Assembly: GCA_051117555.1 (NCBI GenBank)
Contig: JBNPEG010000003.1
Span: forward strand, 1-64,000
Reading direction: 5' to 3'
Length of the DNA: 64,000 bases
Source: Elainellaceae cyanobacterium
GTDB taxonomy: Bacteria > Cyanobacteriota > Cyanobacteriia > CAZCXK01
Shown here: one piece after another, positions 1 through 11,017 of the stretch
Numbering within the stretch: the first letter of the stretch is position 1
How the letters are laid out: each line of letters begins with the position of its first letter
Position numbers and translations under genes: made by a program
The notes under the pieces: model-generated
Database searches by the model: none
The model's input: only the letters and a program-made list of their open reading frames with translations
Told to the model about the DNA's origin: nothing

Positions 1-156
1 ACCGAGATTGACGACAAGGAAAACCTGAACAAGCGATTGTTGGCGCTTCAGCTAGCGTTTGACATGGGTGAACTTTCAGAAGAGGAATTTGAAATTCAGG
101 AAGAAGAATTGTTGTTAGCCATTCAGGCTCTCAATGAGTCAGAAAACTCTGTATAA
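1..156 (+). CDS. gvpG: Gas vesicle protein GvpG, 3' part (5' end outside window)
   Basis: Frame 1 translates TEIDDKENLNKRLLALQLAFDMGELSEEEFEIQEEELLLAIQALNESENSV*. This resembles the cyanobacterial GvpG C-terminus (LLxLQLAFDMGEISEEEF). Confidence 0.8.
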   Translation, partial: TEIDDKENLNKRLLALQLAFDMGELSEEEFEIQEEELLLAIQALNESENSV

Positions 157-179
157 TAACCTTTTCTAGGAATGGGCTT

Positions 180-428
180 ATGAATGAATCCTACAGCCCA
201 ATTAACTGCGATTTTCATGACGAATTGGAGGCGATCGCCACTCTCCGAAACAAGTGCGTTATCGTCTATCGAAATTCTGATGGAGAAATGCGCGTTCAGG
301 ACTATATTGACGATGTGTATGCTCAAAATGGCGAAGAGTTTATCAAACTCAGAAGCGGTCTGATTATTCGCCTGGATGCTCTCGTCGAAGTCGATGGAAA
401 GTCACTGCCTCTATCATGTGAAATCTAG
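180..428 (+). CDS. Rof/YaeO-like (Rho-binding antiterminator family) small protein
   Basis: 82 aa. N-terminal Y-x-PINCD-x-x-D-x-LE and C-terminal IRLD are the Rof/YaeO signature motifs. Confidence 0.7.
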   Translation: MNESYSPINCDFHDELEAIATLRNKCVIVYRNSDGEMRVQDYIDDVYAQNGEEFIKLRSGLIIRLDALVEVDGKSLPLSCEI

Positions 429-3400
429 GTTCCTCCTGATGATGGATTACCGTAGCCGCCACCACCGGGAGTTTCGATGACAAACATATCTCCGGCATTC
501 ATCTCAACCGTTGCAGTGCTGTCGAGTTCTTCAAGCGCACCATCTCGCCGTTCAACATAGTTTCGCCCGGTGGCACCCGATTCTCCACCGGCTAAACCAA
601 ATGTCGGAACGTGACGATGGCTAGAGAGGATTGCAGCCGTCATCGGTTCACGGAATGTGATGCGGCGTATGACTCCATTACCGCCCGTGTGTTTGCCATT
701 GCCACCACTGGTTGCCCGGATACCAAACCTATCGAGTAATACAGGAAACCGCCATTCCAGGACCTCGGGATCAGTGAGGCGAGAATTGGTCATGTGGGTA
801 TGGACGGCATCAGTCCCGTCAAAATCTTGCCCAGCCCCTGAGCCGCCGCAGATAGTTTCGTAGTACTGATAGCGCTCATTCCCGAAGGTGAAATTGTTCA
901 TGGTGCCTTGAGATGCTGCCATAATACCCAGGGCAAGATAGAGTGCATTGGCGATCGCTTGCGAGACTTCCACATTACCGGCTACCACGGCTGCCGGATA
1001 GTTGGGGTTGAGCATGGAGCCTTCGGGAACAATGATATTTAATGGTTTCAAGCACCCAGCATTCAAAGGAATATCGGCATCTACCAGCGTCCGAAACACA
1101 TAGAGAACGACTGCTTTACAGATTGCTAGAGGCGCATTGAAGTTATTGGTCTGCTGGGGGGACGTGCCAGTGAAATCAATATGAGCTGTGCGAGACTGGC
1201 GATCGCATCTAACTTTAACCTGAATGTGGCTGCCGTTATCAAGCGGATACGTAAAAGTGCCATCCCGTAATGCGTCGATCACCCGGCGCACCGATTCTTC
1301 TGCATTGTCCTGAACGTGCTGCATATACGCTTGCACCGTTTCTAGACCATAGTGGTCTACCATGTTGTGGAGTTCACGGACTCCTTTTTCGTTAGCAGCA
1401 ACTTGAGCTTTCAGGTCAGCCAGGTTTTGAATTGGATTCCGCACCGGATAAGGCGCATTAGTCAAGAGAGCAAGGATTTCGTCTTCACAGAATCGTCCTT
1501 GGTCAACCAGTTGAACGTTATCGATCAGAACGCCTTCTTCCTCGACTGAGGTGCTATTGGACGGCATAGAACCTGGCGTAATGCCACCAATGTCAGCATG
1601 ATGCCCACGGGAGGCGACATAAAATAAAGGCGTTTCATCGTTCCAATGGGATGCCTCATTGCTCTGGGCAATGAATACGGGCGTAATGACGGTCACATCC
1701 GGTAAATGAGTGCCGCCGTTGTAGGGATTATTTAAAACATACACATCACCCGATCTGAGCGTGTCACCTTTTTCCTCAATCAACGATTGGACACTCTCAC
1801 TCATGGAACCTAAATGAACTGGGATATGTGGTGCGTTGGCAACGAGTTGCCCGTTGCCGTCGAAAATGGCGCAAGAAAAATCCAGACGTTCTTTGATATT
1901 GACTGAGTAGCTGGTGTTTTGTAATGTAAAGCCCATCTGCTCGGCGATCGCCATGAACAGGTTGTTAAAGATTTCGAGCATGACGGGATCAGGAGAATTG
2001 GAAAGAGTAGGAATATTTTGAGTGTCAGTTTGTGAGGGTTGAGTTGAAGATTGAATATTGGCAGCACTCTTTTTCAGCACGAGATGATTTTTGGCCGTAA
2101 TCTCTGCTTGCCAACCTGGTTCAATAACATTAGTCCCTGTGGATTCGATGATGATGGCAGGTCCGGTAATGGGAAAGCCAGGGGAGAGGCGATCGCGCTC
2201 AAAGACTGGCGTTTCGTGCCATGACTCGGCAGTGTAGACTCGCACCGTTGCACTGGGTTTCGGAGGTCCAGCGCGACGATCGTCGATCGTTGGCTCTTCA
2301 GGAATCGGCATGTGCCCAACTGCTTCCACCGATGCCGCTTCCACAATCAACGGCTTTTTACTCATCACAAATCCATAGCGCTGACGATGCGCGTCTTCAA
2401 ATTGAGCAATCATCCCATCCGGCGTATCAAAATCCACGACCAGCGCTGAATCAGTGCCTTCATAGCGGAGATGGACTTGTTGCAGAATTTGAATGTGCTC
2501 ATCCGACAATCCCTGAGCCAAAATTTCGGCATTACTGTCTCTGGTCAGCTCTGCAAGCTGAGCTTCAATGTCTGGCATCACGTCAGCGGTGAGTTTGAGC
2601 TCAATGGTTTTTTCACGTAGGGCACGCAAATTGGCAAGTCCCATTCCATATGCCGAAAGCACGCCCGCGTAGGGATGAATGAAAATTTGCTTGATCCCTA
2701 ATGCATCGGCAATCAGGCAGGCATGTTGCCCCCCCGCTCCGCCAAAGCAGCAGAGAGTATATTCGGACACGTCATACCCCCGCTGAACAGAAATTTTTTT
2801 GATCGCGTTTGCCATGTTATCGACAGCGATCGCCAAAAAGCCTGTAGCAACTTGCTCTGGCGATCGCCGATCCCCGGTGGCTTGGTGAATCTCATCTGCC
2901 AATTTCGTAAACTTTTGTCGGACGATGTGTGCATCTAGAGGCGAGTTACCCTCTAGACCAAACACATTTGGAAAAAACTGAGATTGCAGCTTGCCCACCA
3001 TCACGTTGCAGTCTGTAACGGCTAGAGGACCGCCGTTTCGATAACAAGCAGGTCCGGGATAAGCCCCGGCAGATTCAGGTCCGACACGATAGCGCGACCC
3101 ATCGAATATCAAGATTGAGCCACCTCCTGCGGCAACGGTATGAATCGACATCATGGGTGCTCGCAGTCGCACGCCCGCGACCTCGGTTTCGAAGGTGCGC
3201 TCATAGTTGCCTCGATAGTGAGACACGTCTGTCGATGTACCGCCCATGTCAAATCCAATGATTTTCTCAAATCCGGCCATTCTGCTGGTCTGTACAGCTC
3301 CAACAATGCCTCCTGCTGGCCCCGATAAAATGCTGTCCTTTCCTTGAAACAAGGTAGCATCAGTAAGTCCGCCGTTTGATTGCATGAACATAAGGCGCGG

Positions 3401-4171
3401 GACAGAGATTTGCGATTTTCCGGTTTCCTTACTCTCCAATTCAGATGCAATTCGATCGATATATCGGCGCAGAATGGGTGAAAGATACGCATCCACAACA
3501 GTGGTGTCACCTCGGCTCACTAGCTTGATGAGAGGGCTGACTTCATGAGAAATGGAAACCTGAGTAAAACCAATATCGCGGACGATCTCAGCCAGTCGGC
3601 GTTCGTGGTCAGGGTGGCGATAGCTATGTAGAAGGGCGATCGCACAGGCTCGAATACCTGTATCATATGCCTCCTGCAACTCTGATAAAAATGCATCGGT
3701 TAATTGGAGTGGTTGAAGGTCTTCCCCCTGAGCGCTGTAGCGTTCATCTACTTCAATCACTCGTTCATAGAGCATTTCAGGCAGTATGATTTCGCGAGCA
3801 AAAATTTTGGGACGGTTTTGATAGGCAATCTGAAGCCCATCTCGAAAGCCCTTGGTAATCAAGAGAAGCGTGCGATCGCCTTTCCGTTCTAGCAGTGCAT
3901 TGGTCGCAACAGTCGTTCCCATTTTCACCACTTCAATCTGATCCGCGGGAATTGAATCATCGGTTGCCAATCCTAAAACCTCCCGAATTCCCTGAAGTGG
4001 CGCATCGGAATAGCGGTCTGGATTTTCAGACAACAGTTTGTGAATAATCAGCTCACCAGACGGAGTTTGCGCAACAACATCAGTAAACGTTCCGCCACGG
4101 TCAATCCAAAATTGCCAGCGCTGCGAATGATGATCACTCTGCTGATTGAATGGTGAGCGACGAACCGACAT
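425..4171 (-). CDS. Fused hydantoinase A/B, ATP-dependent 5-oxoprolinase family
   Basis: 1248 aa. A part has [23 protein letters not shown] and DMGGTSTD. B part has [20 protein letters not shown] and GGTHLPD. Confidence 0.93.
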   Translation of the reverse strand: MSVRRSPFNQQSDHHSQRWQFWIDRGGTFTDVVAQTPSGELIIHKLLSENPDRYSDAPLQGIREVLGLATDDSIPADQIEVVKMGTTVATNALLERKGDRTLLLITKGFRDGLQIAYQNRPKIFAREIILPEMLYERVIEVDERYSAQGEDLQPLQLTDAFLSELQEAYDTGIRACAIALLHSYRHPDHERRLAEIVRDIGFTQVSISHEVSPLIKLVSRGDTTVVDAYLSPILRRYIDRIASELESKETGKSQISVPRLMFMQSNGGLTDATLFQGKDSILSGPAGGIVGAVQTSRMAGFEKIIGFDMGGTSTDVSHYRGNYERTFETEVAGVRLRAPMMSIHTVAAGGGSILIFDGSRYRVGPESAGAYPGPACYRNGGPLAVTDCNVMVGKLQSQFFPNVFGLEGNSPLDAHIVRQKFTKLADEIHQATGDRRSPEQVATGFLAIAVDNMANAIKKISVQRGYDVSEYTLCCFGGAGGQHACLIADALGIKQIFIHPYAGVLSAYGMGLANLRALREKTIELKLTADVMPDIEAQLAELTRDSNAEILAQGLSDEHIQILQQVHLRYEGTDSALVVDFDTPDGMIAQFEDAHRQRYGFVMSKKPLIVEAASVEAVGHMPIPEEPTIDDRRAGPPKPSATVRVYTAESWHETPVFERDRLSPGFPITGPAIIIESTGTNVIEPGWQAEITAKNHLVLKKSAANIQSSTQPSQTDTQNIPTLSNSPDPVMLEIFNNLFMAIAEQMGFTLQNTSYSVNIKERLDFSCAIFDGNGQLVANAPHIPVHLGSMSESVQSLIEEKGDTLRSGDVYVLNNPYNGGTHLPDVTVITPVFIAQSNEASHWNDETPLFYVASRGHHADIGGITPGSMPSNSTSVEEEGVLIDNVQLVDQGRFCEDEILALLTNAPYPVRNPIQNLADLKAQVAANEKGVRELHNMVDHYGLETVQAYMQHVQDNAEESVRRVIDALRDGTFTYPLDNGSHIQVKVRCDRQSRTAHIDFTGTSPQQTNNFNAPLAICKAVVLYVFRTLVDADIPLNAGCLKPLNIIVPEGSMLNPNYPAAVVAGNVEVSQAIANALYLALGIMAASQGTMNNFTFGNERYQYYETICGGSGAGQDFDGTDAVHTHMTNSRLTDPEVLEWRFPVLLDRFGIRATSGGNGKHTGGNGVIRRITFREPMTAAILSSHRHVPTFGLAGGESGATGRNYVERRDGALEELDSTATVEMNAGDMFVIETPGGGGYGNPSSGGT

Positions 4172-4424
4172 ATCAGCCTCCTAAACCCATGCACCAAATT
4201 TCGGGAATGTGCTCATCACACATTGAGGAACATTAAGTATTAAAAATTTAGCGAACTTGAGGGAAAAATGAGCATCGTCACAGATACTCGTCAATGGTTC
4301 TTCTTACCGTCTGATGCCATAGCGCCAGAATAACCCGTTGGGGTAGGACCAAGCTGTGATGGTCTATGCCAAATAAAAGACCTCAGTTTTAGTTGACATC
4401 TATACTCATACGGAGATAACGGAC

Positions 4425-5912
4425 ATGTCCGACCTGAATGGCACACTCATGCAAGCGTTTCATTGGGATATTCCTCACGATGGCACGCTTTGGAACGAGC
4501 TCGAAATGAAGGCAAAGGATTTGGCCAGTGCAGGCTTTACCGCGCTTTGGTTGCCTCCTGCCTATAAAGGACAAGCGGGTGAATATGATGTGGGGTATGG
4601 AGTCTATGATTTATTTGATCTAGGCGAATTTCAGCAAAAGAATAAGCACGAAAATTCGTGTCGGACAAAATATGGAACGCGCGACGAATATTTAGCTGCG
4701 ATTCAAGCGCTCAAAAGTCACAATATCCAGGTTTATGCAGATGTCGTTCTCAATCACAAGGACGGTGGCGACGAAACTCAACGAGTGATGGCAACCCCCT
4801 ACGACCGAGACAATCGAATTGAGCCGAAGGGAGGTTTGCAAGAAATCGAAGTTTACACGAGTTTCACGTTTCCTGGACGGGGCGACAAATACTCCAGCAT
4901 GAAGTGGAATGCGTGGCACTTTGATGCGGTTAATCACAACATGATTGGTCCCAATGATGGCACGGTCTATCTGTTAGAGGGGCGGAGTTTTGATAATTTC
5001 GTCAATCTTGAGAAAGGCAATTACGACTTTCTGCTTGGGTGCGACCTAGATTTTGATAATGAGCAAGTGCGAGGAGAACTCTTGTATTGGGGACGCTGGT
5101 ATCTCGATACAACGGGTGTTGATGGCTTTCGCATAGATGCTATTAAGCACATTCCCGCCTGGTTTTTCGACCTATGGCTTGATCACGTCAGAGATTATGC
5201 GCAGCGAGATTTATTTGCTGTCGGTGAATATTGGTCGCAAGATATCGAAGCGCTCCATTGGTATATTTCAGATACGGAAGGACGGATGTCTTTGGTCGAT
5301 GCCCCACTCCATTACAATTTCCATCGAGCTAGCCTGCAAGGCATTCACTTTGATATGCGGCAACTGCTTGACAACACGCTGATGCAGCAACAACCTGCGC
5401 TAGCAGTGACATTTGTTGAAAACCATGACTCTCAACCCTTACAGTCGCTTGAATCGGTTGTCGAACCGTGGTTTAAGCCGCTGGCGTATGCATTTATCTT
5501 GCTGCGCCGAGAGGGATATCCGTGTGTGTTTTACGCAGACTACTATGGAGCCCATTATCGCGGCAGGGGTAGAGATAATAATGAGTATGAGATTTGGATG
5601 CCGTCTCATCGCTGGATAATCGACAAGTTCTTACATGCTCGAACGAATTTTGCCTATGGCGATCAATATGACTATTTTGATCATCCCAATACAATTGGCT
5701 GGACGCGACTTGGAAGCGATCGCCATCCCAAAGCGATGGCAGTGGTTATGACGAATGGGGCGGACGGTTGGAAATGGATGGAAGTCGGGAAACCTGACGC
5801 TATGTTTTATGACATCACAGAGCATATGTCTGACCCAGTGCGAACGAATTCGAGCGGATGGGGACAGTTTTCGTGTAAGGGGGGATCTGTATCGGTATGG
5901 GTTGAAGCATAA
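4425..5912 (+). CDS. Cytoplasmic alpha-amylase (GH13, Bacillus liquefying-type)
   Basis: NGTLMQAFHW, GYGVYDLFDLGEF and DVVLNHK. Catalytic motifs GFRIDAIKH, GEYW and FVENHD. No signal peptide. Confidence 0.93.
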   Translation: MSDLNGTLMQAFHWDIPHDGTLWNELEMKAKDLASAGFTALWLPPAYKGQAGEYDVGYGVYDLFDLGEFQQKNKHENSCRTKYGTRDEYLAAIQALKSHNIQVYADVVLNHKDGGDETQRVMATPYDRDNRIEPKGGLQEIEVYTSFTFPGRGDKYSSMKWNAWHFDAVNHNMIGPNDGTVYLLEGRSFDNFVNLEKGNYDFLLGCDLDFDNEQVRGELLYWGRWYLDTTGVDGFRIDAIKHIPAWFFDLWLDHVRDYAQRDLFAVGEYWSQDIEALHWYISDTEGRMSLVDAPLHYNFHRASLQGIHFDMRQLLDNTLMQQQPALAVTFVENHDSQPLQSLESVVEPWFKPLAYAFILLRREGYPCVFYADYYGAHYRGRGRDNNEYEIWMPSHRWIIDKFLHARTNFAYGDQYDYFDHPNTIGWTRLGSDRHPKAMAVVMTNGADGWKWMEVGKPDAMFYDITEHMSDPVRTNSSGWGQFSCKGGSVSVWVEA

Positions 5913-5966
5913 GCTCAATAAATAAGACACAGTCTGAAGGCGGCAGAATCAATGACGACAGGACAA

Positions 5967-7802
5967 TCATGACTCATGTTGATATCGCGTAGATCTACTG
6001 TCCGGATCGCCGTTGGAAATCTGACGAGGTAAGCACATCGAGAAGCATGTCCATTCTTGCTCACTAGTCACTGTGATGCTTCCCTGAAGTTGTTCAACGA
6101 GCTGCTTAACCAGTGCTAGCCCTAGACCAGTTCCACCGTGTTTCCACGGGTCATTCTTGGGAACACGATAGAACTTGTCAAAGATTCGCTTAAGTTCATT
6201 AGTAGATAGACTCGTTCCAGAATTGCTAACGCTGAGCTGGAACTCTGTAGATGTAACGTGCACTGCAACAAGAATGGTATGACCAGAAGGAGTATATTTG
6301 CAGGCATTATTGAGGAGTTCACAGAGAATTCGACTCAGGCTAGATACGTCGGTTGTGAGGTCTGGTAATCCAGAGGGAAGGTCCATTTGAAATTTTTGCT
6401 GCTGGCTTTGAGCACGTTTTACAAATGGTTCTGCAATGCTGGGTAGCCAACTTTGGAGGTTGATGTCTGTCAGCACGAGATATTCTATGCCCGAATCAAT
6501 CCGTGCTAAGTCAAGCAAATCATTAATCAACGAGATTTCTCGGTGACACTCGCTACGCAAAATCTCTAGATACTTAGCGATCGGCTGTCGAGGTGAACTT
6601 AGAACCCCCGTCTTCTTTAAGCTAACGTCCAACATTTGAATGGCTACTTTAATGTTAGAAATAGGTGTTCGCAATTCATGGGAAACTGTGCTGAGAAATT
6701 CATCTTTAAGCGAATTGAGCTTTTCTAGTTCTCTAACTTGAACTTGTATAGATTGATATAGCCAGGCTTGTCGAATGGCGATCGCACATTGATTGGTGAC
6801 CTGCTGCACTAAACGAATCTCAGATTCACTAAAGCTCAAATCTTTGTCTTTAATCAGCAGCAAATCACCTAACACACCTTGACCATCGAGAATTGGACAT
6901 ACTAAGACCGACACATGATCCTCGATCTGATGTTGGGCAAATGTCGGCAGTGACGCACAAAATTGAAAGCTATCGCCACTTTTGAGTTGATGATAGATAT
7001 CTGAAAACTCTGAGGGATTGAGTATTGGATTGCAATGATTTTGGCGGGTTGACGCAGAACATTCAGCCTTGACTGTGATACTCTGTTGTTCAATATTGTG
7101 AATTGACGCACTGCAATAAAAAACCTGAGGCAACGAGGCAAGCTCAAGAACAGCGGTTTCCAAAATCTGATTAGCGTCTAGACTGTCGCGCACCTTATCT
7201 GTAATGCGTTTGAGTTTTGACTCATAATCGAGGGCCTGCTGCAACTGCACCGTATATCGGCACAAGGTTTCTTCGACACGCTCACGAGCAGCGGTTGCTC
7301 GCGACAGTTCGATTAGATTGCGCCGTAATTCTAGCTGAGTGACGACTTGACGGCCTAATGCTTGTAATGCGCTTATTTGTTCTGGAGTAAGTTCACGTGG
7401 GACGTGGTCGATGACGCAGAGGCTTCCGAGCGTATATCCGGTGGGGGTGATTAGAGGAGTGCCGGCATAAAATCGGATGCGCGGATTGCTTTTAACAAGC
7501 GGGTTCTGGCTGAAACGGCTATCAACTGCCGCATCTGGAACGATAAGAATATCAGTTTGGCAAATCGTGTAATTACAAAACGCCACTTCACGGCAGGTTT
7601 CAGTCGTTTCTAGGCCAACTTTAGACTTAAACCATTGGCGATTTGTATCAACTATGCTGACCAGAGCAATTGGAACATTACAAATTTGGGCAGCCAGATG
7701 GGTTAAATCGTCAAATGCATCTTCTGGAGACGTATCCAGAATTTGATATTCATAGAGTTTTTCGAGTCGTGCCAATTCGTTGTCAGGCAACGGAAATTCC
7801 AT
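5967..7802 (-). CDS. GAF-GAF sensor histidine kinase
   Basis: N-terminal GAF (RQWFKS...FC...IRFYAGTPL), a second GAF, H-box SHELRTP, N-box ELLNNACKYT and G-box GTGLGL. Confidence 0.9.
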   Translation of the reverse strand: MEFPLPDNELARLEKLYEYQILDTSPEDAFDDLTHLAAQICNVPIALVSIVDTNRQWFKSKVGLETTETCREVAFCNYTICQTDILIVPDAAVDSRFSQNPLVKSNPRIRFYAGTPLITPTGYTLGSLCVIDHVPRELTPEQISALQALGRQVVTQLELRRNLIELSRATAARERVEETLCRYTVQLQQALDYESKLKRITDKVRDSLDANQILETAVLELASLPQVFYCSASIHNIEQQSITVKAECSASTRQNHCNPILNPSEFSDIYHQLKSGDSFQFCASLPTFAQHQIEDHVSVLVCPILDGQGVLGDLLLIKDKDLSFSESEIRLVQQVTNQCAIAIRQAWLYQSIQVQVRELEKLNSLKDEFLSTVSHELRTPISNIKVAIQMLDVSLKKTGVLSSPRQPIAKYLEILRSECHREISLINDLLDLARIDSGIEYLVLTDINLQSWLPSIAEPFVKRAQSQQQKFQMDLPSGLPDLTTDVSSLSRILCELLNNACKYTPSGHTILVAVHVTSTEFQLSVSNSGTSLSTNELKRIFDKFYRVPKNDPWKHGGTGLGLALVKQLVEQLQGSITVTSEQEWTCFSMCLPRQISNGDPDSRSTRYQHES

Positions 7803-8146
7803 ACGATTGCATCCAAGGCTAGGAACTCACGGTGGATTGGGCGATTCGGATTCGTCAACATTAACCCCTGATGCGTGCAACGAATCTCAATAAAGATACG
7901 CCTGTGACGATTCTAAAAATTGGTCTGAATACTTGGAAACGGAACTAACAATCGGGAACGTTCATCACTCAATCGTTAGAAAAACTGCGTGAACCGCTTT
8001 TTCTTCTGTAAAATTTTTATCATTGAATTAGCGTGTCTTTTACTTTCTACTTTCACCGTCTATTTATAATTCCCTGCGATGCAGATCAATTTTTCACATA
8101 CGACTCAGGCGAATGTTATCCAAGAGAAGGCGCACCTCACGGAAGA

Positions 8147-9010
8147 TCATAGCTTTTGAAGTCCTGCCCCTAGACCTTGGCAAACACCTGCTAGAAAATC
8201 TAAATCAAGCGTATCGAGGCGATCGCTCCCTAAGTGATAGTGAGGATTTCGCATAAACGAAGTATCGGTTACCATTATGGCTCTATAGTCCCGGTCCCAA
8301 AACGGCGCATGATCGCTGAGGCGCGTTTGGGGCACAATCAGGCCGCGCTGGCCTGCTGGAAGCCATTCGCAGGGTACTCCGACCTGCTTAATGTGATGGC
8401 TAAGCGTCATCAAGTCGGGAAGAGTCGACACATTGCCAATCAGCCCGATGAAATCTCCACGATTGGGATAAAACGCCTGCAACCCAGCCGGGTAATGCTG
8501 CGAACCGGGAGTTGGGTCGCAGTAGCCAATCATCTCAAGCGATAGCATCAATCGGAGCGCTTGCCGTTGCTGCTTCAGGTCTGTTGCGTAGGCTTCGCTT
8601 CCTAACATGCCGTATTCTTCCATATCGAAGGCCACAAAACGAGTTGGATATCGAAGGGGATGAGCCTTCGTGAATCGTGCCAACTCTAGCATTCCAGCAA
8701 CGCCAGTGGCATTATCATCTGCGCCAGGGCTACCCGGAACTGCATCATAATGAGCCCCGATGAGAATTGGTGGACCATTGGAGTTTGAATCCTGTGCGGG
8801 CAAATTCAGAACAAGATTTTGATGGGGTTGCCCCTGCACCTGAAATTCATGAACTTCGACCTTACCCCACTGAGCGAGTTCTGTGCGTACATATTCTCGG
8901 ACATAAAAATGCCCCTCAGATGCGATGTAGGGATTACGTTCTCGCACGATTTGCTCCAGGTGCGATCGCAATCGGTGCTTGAGATCCAAATCTGACGTTG
9001 GGTTGGGCAT
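8147..9010 (-). CDS. M28 family metallopeptidase
   Basis: GAHYD, GADDNATG, DMEEYG, SDH and YH zinc-binding motifs. Confidence 0.88.
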   Translation of the reverse strand: MPNPTSDLDLKHRLRSHLEQIVRERNPYIASEGHFYVREYVRTELAQWGKVEVHEFQVQGQPHQNLVLNLPAQDSNSNGPPILIGAHYDAVPGSPGADDNATGVAGMLELARFTKAHPLRYPTRFVAFDMEEYGMLGSEAYATDLKQQRQALRLMLSLEMIGYCDPTPGSQHYPAGLQAFYPNRGDFIGLIGNVSTLPDLMTLSHHIKQVGVPCEWLPAGQRGLIVPQTRLSDHAPFWDRDYRAIMVTDTSFMRNPHYHLGSDRLDTLDLDFLAGVCQGLGAGLQKL

Positions 9011-9109
9011 GGGTCGTGTACTTCTCTATAAAGTCTTTAGTATCGGGCAGTATGAAGCAGACTTGTCAGAAAACCCTTTGATGGGCCTGTACGCTGCTAA
9101 GCTCATAGC

Positions 9110-10279
9110 ATGGCGATGAGGGAAAAGGGGCACCCCATGATGGATCTCTGGCAAATTCCTGTGATTGATCAGCATGCCCATAATGTACTAAAACCTGACG
9201 TGGCGGCTGAGATGCCCTATCAGTCTGCCTTTACCGAAGGATGTGACTCCCAGACGATTCATCATCATGCCCGGCATTCCCTGTGCTATCGCCGTAGTTT
9301 AGGAGATATGGCTGATCTATTGGGATGTGCTCCCTCAGAGGAGGCCATTTTAAAGTGTCGAACTGAATTGGGATGGGACGCGTTAACTGCTCGATGTTTT
9401 GCTGCATCCAATCTAGATGGGCTGATTCTTGATGATGGTTTTTTACCCAGCACCGTCTTACCAGTGGAATGGCATCAGCAATTCGTCTCAACCAAGCGGC
9501 TGTTGCGATTAGAATATCTAGCTGAGCATCTCATTCATGAATCGAGTCGTTTTGATGTGTTTCTAGAATGGTTTCGAAGCGAACTTGACCCGCCGCCGAA
9601 GGGGGTGGTCGGGTTTAAGAGTATTGCTGCATATCGAGTCGGCTTAGATGTGCAATTGATCTCAACAGATCTGGCAGAGGAAAGTTTTTATGCGCTGAAA
9701 CTCAAACAGGAGAGACAGGAGACTCGCATCCGCCTCACTGACAAAGCCCTAATTGATTTTCTGCTCCTGCATGCGTTTGACATTGCAGCGACCTATCAAT
9801 TGCCAATTCAGTTTCATACAGGATTTGGGGATCCTGACCTCGATTTACGTCTCGCTAACCCTCTTCATTTAAGGCTTTTATTGGAAATCCCGGAATATCG
9901 ACAGGTTCCGATTGTGTTACTCCATGCTGCGTATCCATTCACGCGAGAGGCTGCTTATCTGGCATCGGTTTATCCCAACGTGTATGTCGATTTTGGTTTA
10001 GCGATTCCCTTCTTGAGCGTCTTCGGCATGCGACAGGCAATTTCGATGTTGCTGGAGCTTAGTCCGACCAGCAAAATTATGTATTCATCGGATGCTCACA
10101 TGATTCCTGATTTGTTTTATCTCGGTGCAAAATGGGGGCGGATGGCACTCGGGCAGGTGCTTGATCAGGCCATTGACGATCACGATTTGACAGCTCACGA
10201 GGCAGACGATATTGCGATCGCCATTTTGCAGCGAAATGCCCGCCAACTTTATCGGTTAGCGGCTTCAGGCGATCGCTGA
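9110..10279 (+). CDS. Amidohydrolase-2 family protein (similar to the FluG/NodGS N-terminal domain); start may be a few codons downstream
   Basis: IDQHAH, FKSIAAYR, QFHTGFGD, VLLH and YSSDAH metal-binding motifs. Confidence 0.85.
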   Translation: MAMREKGHPMMDLWQIPVIDQHAHNVLKPDVAAEMPYQSAFTEGCDSQTIHHHARHSLCYRRSLGDMADLLGCAPSEEAILKCRTELGWDALTARCFAASNLDGLILDDGFLPSTVLPVEWHQQFVSTKRLLRLEYLAEHLIHESSRFDVFLEWFRSELDPPPKGVVGFKSIAAYRVGLDVQLISTDLAEESFYALKLKQERQETRIRLTDKALIDFLLLHAFDIAATYQLPIQFHTGFGDPDLDLRLANPLHLRLLLEIPEYRQVPIVLLHAAYPFTREAAYLASVYPNVYVDFGLAIPFLSVFGMRQAISMLLELSPTSKIMYSSDAHMIPDLFYLGAKWGRMALGQVLDQAIDDHDLTAHEADDIAIAILQRNARQLYRLAASGDR

Positions 10280-10539
10280 TAGGTAAAGGGCGGCTGATTA
10301 GGAGAGTCGTGTCGTAGCGTCATGAGCCAACTTAACAGGTGCCGATATTGACGGCGATTGGCAATATCATCGGCTCTCCGGTCAACCTCAGGAGTAACGT
10401 GCATCACCCGAGGCGTCTCTGTCATAAACGCTAGTTGCTGAGCTGTTGCCAACAAGCAGAGCGCAATGGTGAGAGCGATCGCCGTGAGCATAGTATTGGG
10501 CGACCCATCAGATTTCATATCTAGCACCCCCTTACCCAT
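10249..10539 (-). CDS. Hypothetical small membrane or secreted protein
   Basis: ORF with a hydrophobic N-terminal stretch (LTAIALTIALCLLATA). It overlaps the convergent gene end, and no family was recognised. Confidence 0.35.
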   Translation of the reverse strand: MGKGVLDMKSDGSPNTMLTAIALTIALCLLATAQQLAFMTETPRVMHVTPEVDRRADDIANRRQYRHLLSWLMTLRHDSPNQPPFTYQRSPEAANR

Positions 10540-11017
10540 CTAGTTTGCTCCCAATACGGTTCCAGGTGGTTTGTGGTTTCCAAGGCGTTAACCACAAACG
10601 CAATCAAATTAGTCCGTCTGGATGTGAAAACAGTCTGAAGCCCTCTGATTCCGTATAACGCCTTGCAAGTTAAGTAAGTGGATTTGATGAATTTGGCAGC
10701 GGGAATGTTCCAGAAATCTAAGGCAGGCTCGGAATACGACAAAATTGGACACCTAATCAGTGCGAATAAGATACCTTCCGAGAAAATTCGCTACACCCTT
10801 TGGGGAAGTCCTGATGTAAGATAAACCCGTACGAAAATTTTATAAAGAAGCCAGGCTTTGCTTAAGGCCGTTCCGACTCGTTAGCTATGATGATGGCTAA
10901 GAGTCTTACGGAGTCCAGGCAAAATCTTAAGAAGGTCACGATTTAGTGCTCGATAAGTCCTGGCAAGGGTGTAACTGCCACCGCGTCTCTTGAACTCTAA
11001 ACAAGGATGACCAGAGG

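Noticed and set aside
5967..7802. Cyanobacteriochrome or phytochrome photoreceptor
   Set aside because: The GAF domains lack recognisable bilin-binding motifs (DIP or DxCF, and CH).
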